From assembly GCA_964019335.1 (NCBI GenBank), contig OZ025667.1, positions 664,273 to 728,272 of the forward strand: a stretch of DNA of 64,000 bases. Direction: 5' to 3'. Position 1 is the first letter of the stretch. Every line of letters begins with the position of its first letter. Below are positions 33,892 through 43,778 of the stretch, piece after piece. Under the pieces are notes generated by a model that worked only from the letters and a program-made list of their open reading frames with translations, was not told the origin of the DNA and made no database searches. The position numbers and the translations under genes are program-made. Source of the DNA: Diplonema japonicum. Lineage: Eukaryota; Protista; Euglenozoa: Diplonemea.

Positions 33892-34098
33892 TACCCCACT
33901 CCCGCTTTTCATTCACAGTATCGAAACACGTACATAAGAGAGAAAAACTCAGGACAGGTGACTGAAAGGGAGCTTTTTTTTTTTAAATTCCTCTTTTCTT
34001 CCCCCCCCCCCCCTCCATTTTTTCTTTTGTTCTCAGAAAAAAAAACAAAAAAAAAACACAAAAGGGGGAGGGGGGAAAGAAGAAGAAAAAAAAAAGAT

Positions 34099-35153
34099 AT
34101 GACTTTGAACTTAGCACAGCGCAAGATCAGCAGCAAAGATGAAGTACTGTACATGTCGTTCAACCAAGACCACGGGTGCTTCTCTATAGGCACCGATGCG
34201 GGGTTTAGAATATACAACTGCGATCCGTTCAGGGAGACCTTCAGGCGGAAGTTCCCAAACGGCGGGATCGGGATAGTGGAGATGCTTTTCAGGTGTAATA
34301 TATTAGCGTTGGTGGGCGGGGGCAAACTACCCTGCTTTCCTGTGAATAAGGTAAAATTGTGGGACGACCACACGATGCAGGTGATCGGCGACATGACGTT
34401 CAACGATGAGGTGAAAGCGGTGAAGCTTCGAAGGGACAAGGTTGTGGTGGCGACGGAGTCCGCTGTATTCGTGTATTCGTTCGACAAGTTAGAACTGCAG
34501 CAAAAGCACAACACCTTCCACAACCCCTTGGGTGTGTTCGCACTATCGCCATCATCAGGGAGATGCGTCCTAGCATGCCTCTCACGAGACAAAGGTTACG
34601 TCTGCGTCGAAGATTCAACAGACGACAAAGGCGGATACACACAAGCTCACGAATCAGCGATAGCAATGCTTGCATTGAACGCAGATGGGACCCTCATGGC
34701 TACTGCATCAGAGAAAGGGACTCTTATACGGGTATATGACACATCTGGGACAGATAAGCTGCTTAAAGAGGTGAGACGAGGCACTGAGAAGGTCTTGATC
34801 TACTCCCTCTGCTTCTCCGCTGACTCAAAATTCCTTGCCTGTTCTTCATCCCACGGCACCATCCACGTTTTCGCCCTGGGCGACCTCTCCTCCGGTGACA
34901 ATAGCCAAGCGGCCAATAGAAAGTCTCTCTTATCTGTGCTGCAGCCTATTTCTGTTTGGTTCGCTTCGGAGTGGTCGTTTGCGTGGTACAACGGACCTGA
35001 GTGTGCTACTGTGTGTGTCTTTGGGGCGCATTCTGATACGCTTCATGTGCTCGGGGCGGACGGAACGTTTTTGAAGCTCACTTTCGACCCTGTGAAGGGA
35101 GGGGAATGCGTGCGGAAAAACACATTCAAGGTATACACGAAAAAAAAAAAAAG

Positions 35154-35194
<41 letters not shown>

Positions 35195-35224
35195 AATAAT
35201 CTGCAACAGTTCCCGTCCCAATAA
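34099..35224 (+). CDS. ATG18: ATG18/WIPI (PROPPIN) WD40 protein, 2 exons
   Basis: SFNQD, IVEMLFRCNILALVGG, ATASEKGTLIRV, EVRRG, GTIHVF, SEWSFA. Intron 35131-35209; last exon FPSQ*. Confidence 0.92.
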
Positions 35225-36919
35225 GAGAAAAAGATAGGAGGAATCAGAAAGAAAAAAAAAGGGGGGAAAATTTTTTTTTAATAAAAAGAGAAGAAGTAAG
35301 AAGAAAGAATTTTTAATTATGGGTGGAGTGCTAACCTGACCCATGCTTTTCAGGGGCCTTTGGGTATTTCTCAACCTGGGAGTTGGTTTTGAGTATGACC
35401 CCGAATTTTTGGGGGTTAAGTTAGCAGTTTTTCTTTAATTATTTATCCCCATCCCCCCTTATCCCTTCGTTAATATAGTGTTCTTGGGGAGGGGGAAAGA
35501 AAAGATTTTCTTCTTTTTTTTTTCTCGGGGGGGGTTTTTTTTTCTGTCCCGTGTTACAATTCCCCCCTCTCTCTCTTTACCACCCCTTATCTCTATACGT
35601 GCGGTTTTATTTTTTTTTTCTCTTGACATTCAAAGCAAAGGAAGTAACAACGTTGGGGTAAGAATGTCCAGGGACAGGAGGAAGGGAATAAAAAAAAAGG
35701 AAAGAGGCCGGGAAAAAAAAAGGGGGGGAAAAAAAAGAAGAAGAATGAGAAAAGTGTGCGTTATTTTTTGGTTTCATGTTTCTTTTTTTTTTTTCCTTCT
35801 TTTTCTTTTCTGTGTCCTGTGCCATATAACCGGGGGGAGAGAAATGGGAGGAGAGGATGGGATTTTTTTTTTCTTTTCTACTTTCAGTCCCCGTCTTCAC
35901 TTCTTCTTTTTTTCTTTCTTTCTTTCTTTTCTTCTCTCAGCTTTTTCCCTTCCTCACAGAAAAGTATGACTTTCTTATTTTTTTACCCCTCTTTTCTTCC
36001 TCTTTCGTCCTTTCTGACCTTGGTGTGAAGGGGATAGAAGTAGCTAAAAGATGATGAATGGGCCTACTTCCATTTGTCTCTTTATGTCAAGAGGGTGCTA
36101 GCCACACACCCCTCCCCCTTTTTTTTGTGGAGAACTGAGAGGAAATAAAAAATAGGGGGCAGAAAAAAAAAAGAGAAATAAGGATTCCTTCCTTCACCTT
36201 TTTTTTTTTCTCCCGGTCTTTAATCTCCGTAAAAGGCTCTTTTCAGGTAGACCTCCCTTTCTGAACAGGACTGAGCCTATTTGAGCCCACCCCTATGTGC
36301 CGGGTGTTACCACTTTTACCTAGCCTAACTCTAGCTAATGTATTATAATTTGTTCGCACTACTCGCCCCTTTTCACATCTTTCCCCCTTTTTTTTTTGTC
36401 ACCCTCTCTTGCGTTTCTTTTTCTTTTTTTTTTATCCTTTTTTTTTCTTTTTTGTTCTCTTTTTCTATTTGCCGTATTTGGTCTGTCGAGAAAGAGACAA
36501 CAGGAGAAGGGGGAAAAAGAATTTCCTAAAAGCATATCGCATACACGCGGAGAGGGGGAAAACGGGAAAAAAGAAAAAGAAAAAAAGAAACAATAAAGTA
36601 AGGAGGAGAGGGTTCACAACCAAATTTTAAAAAAAAAAAGAACAGCTTCTCTTCTTCATGATATCCCCTCTCTCCTTTCTCCTTTTTTCCCCCCCTCTTT
36701 TTTTTTTTTCTCCACCCCCTTTTTTTCTCTTTCTTTATGTTCCCTCGTCACCTTCCCGTTTCCCCCACCATTATTCAAAAAAAAAATTTTTTTTTTCCCC
36801 CATCCTTCCTGCAAAAAAAAAAAAAAAAAAAAAAAAAAAATAGCTATTTACTGCCAACAAGTAATGACTTTACCGTTACCTCGAGGTCGGTAAAGCATTA
36901 CTTGGCGGTAGGTAAGTGG

Positions 36920-37522
36920 TTTTATTTCACGACGCTCAGAAATTACTTCACCACGAGGGGCACAACGGGGTGACAAGGGGTACAACAAGAGAGGGGTTAC
37001 AAAGGTTACAATACAAGTTGTTTTCCCTCCTTTTGTTGACTAAGAGCTGCCGCTGTCGCTGGCATTGCCACTGTCACCATCTCTAATCAGGCCTTCCCAT
37101 ACCTAGCGCGGCCGCTGGCTCCTTTTTTTCTGCTGCTTCGGTATTTTGAAGTCATTTGGGGAGCTTGGGTAAGCTGACTAAGTTACCCTTACCCACAGAA
37201 GAGTTACCCCCAGAAACTGGGAACAAGGCCTAGCCAAAAGTGGGCAAATTGGGAGGAAAAAGTAGTCCAACTTGGAACCGAGCCGAGGCAAAAGTTGGCC
37301 AATTGAGCTGAACCTGGGGGGAAATAGCAAACTGAGAGGAAAAAGTAGCCCCACTGGGAACCGAACCGAGGCAAAAATTGGCCTACCGAGGCATATTATT
37401 TAACGGAAACCCCCTATTACTTCACGGAAAACAGGCCATTATTTCACCGTGAAGTAATGAGATTTAGCGTGAAGTAATGGCCCCCCAGTGCGTGAAGTAA
37501 TTTCTGAAGAGTGGAATAAAAA
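36920..37522. mobile_element. Putative non-autonomous DNA element with imperfect TIRs and internal repeats
   Basis: TCAGAAATTACTTCAC near 36935-36950 is inverted at GTGAAGTAATTTCTGA near 37492-37507; internal ~48-nt direct repeat near 37253 and 37336. Confidence 0.45.
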
Positions 37523-37525
37523 AAA

Positions 37526-37568
<43 letters not shown>

Positions 37569-37578
37569 AAAAAAAGAA

Positions 37579-38717
37579 ATGTTTAGAAGAAGCGTAGCGA
37601 GATGGTGCACAGGCCCTGCGAAGAAAAGAGGTGGTGTGAAGATGAACGAAGGTGTTCTTGGAGGGGTGAGCGATGTTGAGATCCCAAGGAGCAGCCAAGA
37701 GGGATCGAAGACAAAATTCACAATGGATGAACTGGAAGAGAGACTGCAGGAAACAGCGAAAAAGATGGAAGAGGGCGGCTTGAACCCGGAAGCACCAGAC
37801 GCATCAGAGGTCCTCCAGAACAGCTACAGAAAGTTCAAACAGACAGAAACACAACAGCAAAGAATTTCTGAACAAGACGGATTATTCAACATGACGCCCG
37901 CGGGGATAAAAGCTGAACCAAACCGGGCTGTGAGAAAGTTTTACAAAAACGTGGATGTGGAGAAGGTGTCGGACCAGTGGTGGGCGGTGAAGCTCGACAA
38001 ACGGTCAGCAAAATTTTTCGAATCGGAGGAAAATCTAATCCTCCCAACAGAAGAGTTCGCTCTCGCTGTGGCGAAAGAATGGGATGAACAAGACCAAAAC
38101 ATTCAAAAATTCAGTATGCCGCTATGTGATGTTGCCTCGGGTTCCCACCAAGTCCAGCCTGATGGTGTCGCGAACCGTCTTGAGTACTCACTGGAATTTT
38201 TTAAACACGATCATCTTTTCTATCGCGCTGAGCTCATCAGAGATACTCAAGATGAGCTTATTGAGCCAATTCTTGAATGGGCGGACCGAGTCTTCGATAT
38301 CCAAACACCCCGTATCGAGGGGATCCGCCGAGCGGTCATAGATCCTGAGGACCTGAGCAAGCTTCGAAATGCTCTCGTAGCGATGGATCTGAACAAGTAC
38401 CAGCTTGTTGCCATGACGGTTATGTGCCAGTACATGTCGTCTCTCATCCTGCCCCTTGCCGTTGTTCACGGGGCGTGCTCTGTTCAAAGAGCCATCGATA
38501 TCACCAGGATCGAGGAAATGCACAACATTCGCTCGACAACAGAGATTGAGGTATGACAAAAGAAAAAAAAAAAAAAAAAAAAAAGGGTTACCACGACGTT
38601 CGCCATGCCGACAGTATCGTGAAGATCGCGGCCTGTCACACGGCTTGGTGCTTCACCAAGAATGTTTCGCCTGCTGATTGCTACGCAGACCCCGCTTTGC
38701 TTTCCAAGCAGAAGTAA
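37579..38717 (+). CDS. ATP12: ATP12 / ATPAF2 F1-ATPase assembly chaperone, 2 exons
   Basis: RKFYKNVDV, VKLDKR, LALAVAKEWDEQ, SMPL, ITRIEE. The 35-nt intron 38551-38585 restores EIEGYHDV. Confidence 0.88.
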
Positions 38718-39004
38718 GAGTTCTTTCTTTTTTTCTTAGTGTGTTTCTTTCTTTCTTTCTTTCTGCCCCTTTATATGAGTTTGTCGAGGGGAGAAAAAAA
38801 AGGGGGGGGGTAAGTAGCGTATGATTAGAAGAAGAAGAAGAAGAAAGCCCATTCTGAAAGGAAGGTTTTCTCTTCCCCGCCCCCTCTTTTCCCCGTTGTC
38901 TTTTCCAGACCGGTTCATATTTTCGTTCATTTTTTTCTTTTCGTTCATTTCTCTAGTTTTTTTTTTTTTGTTTCCCCCCTTTGCATACCTTTTGTCTGCT
39001 GACT

Positions 39005-39045
<41 letters not shown>

Positions 39046-39230
39046 TTTTTTCTGTTTTAACCCCGTTCCCCTCTTCTTTTCACTTTCCCCTCATTTTTTT
39101 TTTGTCTTTTGTTTTTACAACATCACTCTTTCTTTGTTTCTCTTTCTTTTTTTTTTTTTTTCTTCTTCCTCCTAGGAAACATATTACCCAAAAGGAAAAA
39201 AGAAAAAAAAAAAAGAAAAGAAAAAAAATA

Positions 39231-40997
39231 ATGAATGAGGCAGAGTTTAACAAGGAGCTCGACGAGATTGAGGAGGTGGCCCAGAAGGAACCCCCGAACA
39301 ATAATATCTTCCTGTACAAGCATGAATCTCGTTCAATGATGACAGCTTTACGCACCAAGATTGTTGACCTGTGCAAAACGAACCCTGAAGACAACGAGCT
39401 GCTCCTCAAGGCCGCGAGGGTGAACCTGCTCATCGGTTCCAACTTATTTGAAGTGGAGTCCTTCCAAGAAGGCTACGAGTACATCGAGCGAGCAGAACTA
39501 ATGGTACAAGTTGTGAGAAACGGTCAGCAATACGACTGGGACCGGGCCTTCATAAAGGGAATCTGCGAACAAACCCGAACAAAGTTCGACGATGGTGCCA
39601 ACCGAAACACCACAGGATTGCTCATGGACATCTTTAACATGGCCGGTTACCACTGGTGCAGCAGGGGTGTCACGGAAAAAGCCGTCAGAGTATTGAAGCA
39701 TTGTGAAGCCATCTACAAGGATTTCGACAAATGGGCGACCGAGCAAGGCGACAAAGGTCTGGCAGCTCTTCACATCGATGATGATGGCGAACACACCGAC
39801 GAATCATCCAGCCCCATTACTAAACTTCGTGCAAAGATTGAAGGATCATACACATCCACATTGTTCTACCTTGCACAGGTTCACGGGAGCGACGCGAACT
39901 CAACAGAAGCTTCTAAGTACTGCCATCTAACTCTTCAACGACAGCTGGCTTCCAAGAAGGAATTTGACAGGCAGGAATGGGCTGTGAACGCACTTGGCCT
40001 CTGCTCCTTCTACTTGTCTGCAAACGATTATGGCGCGTCGCGTCATTGCATCGAAGCAGCAGAGCGTGTTTTCGATAAGTTATCCGATGCCGAGAAGCAG
40101 ACGGAACAAGCAGGGCAAACGTTAGCTAACATCCATCAAGCTTACGCAAAGTGGGCTTATTACCTTGTTAAGTACTATCGAGACGAGCAAATCGGGTTGC
40201 AGGATGATGAGGAACCGAAGATTCCTGAAGCGCTTCCGATCGAGTGGTGGACGAACTTCACATGCGAAGGGATCTCCGAACCATCGCAACCAGAACCGAT
40301 CGCAAGGGGGAGCCAGGGCTGGCCGGGTGTGCTGAAATACTTCAAAGACTCCGTGAGGCACTGGAAGGAATCCCTGAAATGGTACGTTTTTGACGGTTTC
40401 GTCACCGACTACATCCAGATCATGCAGGACATGTCACAATTCTACAAGATCATCCTTCAATGGGATGTACATGACGACAAGTACGGGAAAATGGTCGACA
40501 GACATGCAACAATTCTGTTGGAAAGAGTGAAGTTGCTCTCAGACATCCCATCACAGCTGAACGACAAGCATTACCTAAACTACATGAGGCAGGTTTGGTT
40601 CGAGCTCGGGGAGATTTACAACGATACCGCAGAACTCCGAATCACGCAGAGACGGCACAAAAAAGAAATCGCAGACGGGAGCCAGCCCCTCAACAAGGAC
40701 GCCATCAACAAGATCATGAAGAAGTCGGTCAAATGCTTTGAAGACTTCTCCGGTTCGTTCATTCTCGAGGACGGGAAGCCTCCCTCCGACATGGATCCTG
40801 ACGTCTGCCACGCGTTCATTTCCTCTAGAATGCACGCCATTAGGATCCGATCCAAGTTCTTCGCAAAATCTGCAAAAGAAGAATACAAGCAGCTTGAGCT
40901 CGCGGTAGCCGAGTACAATGAGCTTGTCACGTGGGCCGAGGCTCACCCCCACTACCAAGAGAAGCTCTGCAAGGAAGAGACCACAAAGGTATTTTTG

Positions 40998-41046
<49 letters not shown>

Positions 41047-41126
41047 AGCTTCAAATCGACCTTGCCAAGGAAATGATCCGCTTGCTTCCCTCCAAGATGA
41101 GGGACATCCAGAAGGCGTTTATGTAG
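39231..41126 (+). CDS. KIFBP: KIF-binding protein (KBP/KIFBP), 2 exons
   Basis: TSTLFYLAQV, YCHLTLQRQL, EWAVNA, DGFVTDYIQIMQD, LAKEMIRLLP. In-frame 60-nt poly(A) intron 40989-41048. Confidence 0.88.
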
Positions 41127-41443
41127 TTTTCGCGGGGGGCTCTTTTTTTTTTTTTTCTCTTTTTTTTTTTTTTGAAAGTGTGTTTTCACGGTTTTCCAAA
41201 TATATTTTTTTCAGTTTTTTTCAAAAGATCGGATTTGGAGGATTTTTCAAAAATCCGTGTGAAAAAAAAAAAAAAAAATAGCGAAGCAACTGAGCAGTGC
41301 TTGTTGAAATATATTTTTGGGAAACCGTGGTGGTTCTTTTCCTTTCCCCTTTATTATTATTTTTTTTTTTTATTATTTTTTTTTTTTACTGATCTAGATT
41401 TTTTTTTCTTTCTTTTTTTCTTACCCACAAAAAAGTGCGGCTC

Positions 41444-41475
<32 letters not shown>

Positions 41476-41564
41476 CCCTTTTCCTCGTTTTTTTTTTCTC
41501 TCTCTTTTCTCCCTTTCTCAACTGCTTTTCTTATAGAACAAAAAAAAAAAAAAAAAAAAAAAGC

Positions 41565-42797
41565 ATGCCATCCGCTACCCCTGGGAACGTGGAACAGATA
41601 AAAGTAGAGTTTTACGTTCAGGTCCTCACTGCGGAGGCGATGCTCAGCAGCGGGAAACTGAGCTCAGTAGATACGGTGTTCACAGGCCGTTCTCTGAAAA
41701 GGTACTGGAACGAGGTTGTGTGTGGGACAAGAGATCTATTTCTAAACAGGCTCATGCTACGGGGGGTTGCATGCTGCACCGCAGCCGGGCAGTGGGAGGA
41801 CCCCGACCTACGCGGGGTGATCGCAACAGTGTTGGGGGGACTTCTGTTCGGCGCGCACACCTACCCGCTTCTCTCTGAAGTCTTACACGCTGTACTGAAC
41901 CTAGGAAAAGATCTCAAAACCATGTTTGACATTATTTTGAATTTGTTCCAAAACAGCACTCCAAGTGAAGCCAAATCCATGGACCTCACCCATCCTGTCA
42001 CGCCGCACATTCTGGCCAGACTGCTTCTGATTTACGAATCTATCATCTTAAGGACAACGTTCCGCGCAGAAGGGGTAAAGTTCATCACCCTGCAAAAGAT
42101 AAACGAGCAGGGAGTTAACCTCCACGGGCTTCTCGAGAAGTCTTTGAGTTCAGGACACGACCTTCTGACCTCGTGCTGCCTGCGCGTGGTCGCAGCGATG
42201 TGCATTGCAGACCCTGTTCTGTGCAAGGATTTATTTGATATTTTATCTGTCGCAGCGTACTTCGAGACAACTGAAGTCAGCGATCTTAGCCTGTCTTTGG
42301 CATGGGACGTGACATTTTTACACAGACAGCTTGGGATCGGTCTTGGTACAGATGAAGATTCAGGCTTGGGACACCTGATCGGTTTCCTTTATGAACCTTC
42401 CATTACGAAACAGAGGATATCTGCATTTGGGGTCGCTCGCTTGCTTCTGCACGAGCCCCTCCCAAACCCAGAGTACCTGCTTTCCTTGCTTGCATCGAAA
42501 CAATCTTCACCCGTTTCAGATCCTCTGCTTAAATCCCACCTCACAAGCTTTTTCACAGCCTACGCTCCCAACCGGCAGGAAGCGCTTGCCAATGCCGTAG
42601 TGTACCTTGCTGTCGAGGCACATGAAAAACAGCCCATCCCGTCGACTCCTAAACCACATTCGATTGATTTGTTGCTTTCCTTCACGGGGGCAGGGTACCT
42701 CCCGAGGCTTGCCGCGGCCGTGTGTCAGAATTTAACCGATTTCTTCGGATCGTCCCCTACCATCGAGGTTGTTGAGGGGTGGCTGGGTGATCTTTGA
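41565..42797 (+). CDS. HEAT-repeat protein resembling the condensin CAP-G (Cnd3) C-terminal domain
   Basis: QRISAFGVARLLL...LLSLL...LKSHLTSFFTAYA..RQ resembles the Cnd3 consensus; much shorter than CAP-G. Confidence 0.55.
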   Translation: MPSATPGNVEQIKVEFYVQVLTAEAMLSSGKLSSVDTVFTGRSLKRYWNEVVCGTRDLFLNRLMLRGVACCTAAGQWEDPDLRGVIATVLGGLLFGAHTYPLLSEVLHAVLNLGKDLKTMFDIILNLFQNSTPSEAKSMDLTHPVTPHILARLLLIYESIILRTTFRAEGVKFITLQKINEQGVNLHGLLEKSLSSGHDLLTSCCLRVVAAMCIADPVLCKDLFDILSVAAYFETTEVSDLSLSLAWDVTFLHRQLGIGLGTDEDSGLGHLIGFLYEPSITKQRISAFGVARLLLHEPLPNPEYLLSLLASKQSSPVSDPLLKSHLTSFFTAYAPNRQEALANAVVYLAVEAHEKQPIPSTPKPHSIDLLLSFTGAGYLPRLAAAVCQNLTDFFGSSPTIEVVEGWLGDL

Positions 42798-42893
42798 AGA
42801 AGAAGCGGAAAACCATCTCTCATTTTTTTTTTCCCCCTCCCTCTCTTATTCCCCCCCTTTGCCCCCACTCCCGAACTCCTTACCCTCACCAGG

Positions 42894-43664
42894 ATGGCAG
42901 CCCGGTCCATCGACCGCAACCAGCTGCAGCAACATGGCTACATCATCGTAAAGAGCCTTTTCAACGCTGACGAGGTGGCGTCGCTCCGCTCACTCTGCGA
43001 CGGGGTACACGGTTTGGAACACGATTTAAAAGAAGGTCCTATTCAGTGCTATGCAAAGGGAAGGGAGAGGAAGGGGACCCCTGATAGGACGGAGTACTTC
43101 GCACACAAAGGAATAACCGGATTCACCGAAGCCGAGACAGTCACAAAACAAGCAGCAGAGACAGCACGTGGTGAGAGGCTGACTTTATTCAAGGAAAGAG
43201 TAGGGACAAAAGTGGGTGGTGGCGAGGGGTATGAGGAACATCAAGATCTTTACACGACTCATGATGGTGAACAGAGTAAACTGTACAAAGATGCCGAGGC
43301 TACGGTGGTGATGGTGGCTGTGGATGAGTTGACTGAGGAAAACGGGTGCTTGGAGGTGGTGCACGATGCCCACCACCACCCCATCGTGTTCCCGCACTAT
43401 GCAGATGCCACACAAGATTTCTTAAAAAAGAACAACGGTGTGCCCCCACCTGCCACTGGGTTCAGTTGGCACCCCGTCCCCCTCTCCCCGGGTGACGCAC
43501 TTATCTACGGCAACTTCACCCCGCACCGCTCTGCGACGAATGTTACATCGTCGCCTGCCCGCCGCTTCTTCACTGTCTTCACACCCCATGCAGAAGGCTC
43601 CACCCGTGAGCAGTATTACACGGTCTTCAAGTATCAAGAGCTTGTCACAAGCATAGAGTTTTGA
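42894..43664 (+). CDS. Phytanoyl-CoA dioxygenase (PhyH) family protein
   Basis: GYIIVKSLF, HQD, ENGCLEV, PGDALIY...PHRS..N....RR. Confidence 0.88.
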   Translation: MAARSIDRNQLQQHGYIIVKSLFNADEVASLRSLCDGVHGLEHDLKEGPIQCYAKGRERKGTPDRTEYFAHKGITGFTEAETVTKQAAETARGERLTLFKERVGTKVGGGEGYEEHQDLYTTHDGEQSKLYKDAEATVVMVAVDELTEENGCLEVVHDAHHHPIVFPHYADATQDFLKKNNGVPPPATGFSWHPVPLSPGDALIYGNFTPHRSATNVTSSPARRFFTVFTPHAEGSTREQYYTVFKYQELVTSIEF

Positions 43665-43778
43665 TATGTGGTGTTATAATTTCAAAATTTCAGGGGAAAC
43701 AAAAAAAAAAAAAAAAAAAAAACTTGAAAATAAACTGTTCTCACTCAAAAAGGGGGAAGGGGGAAAAAATAAAATAAA

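Noticed and set aside
35230-36850. F/K-rich ORFs between ATG18 and ATP12
   Set aside because: Low-complexity intergenic/UTR sequence.
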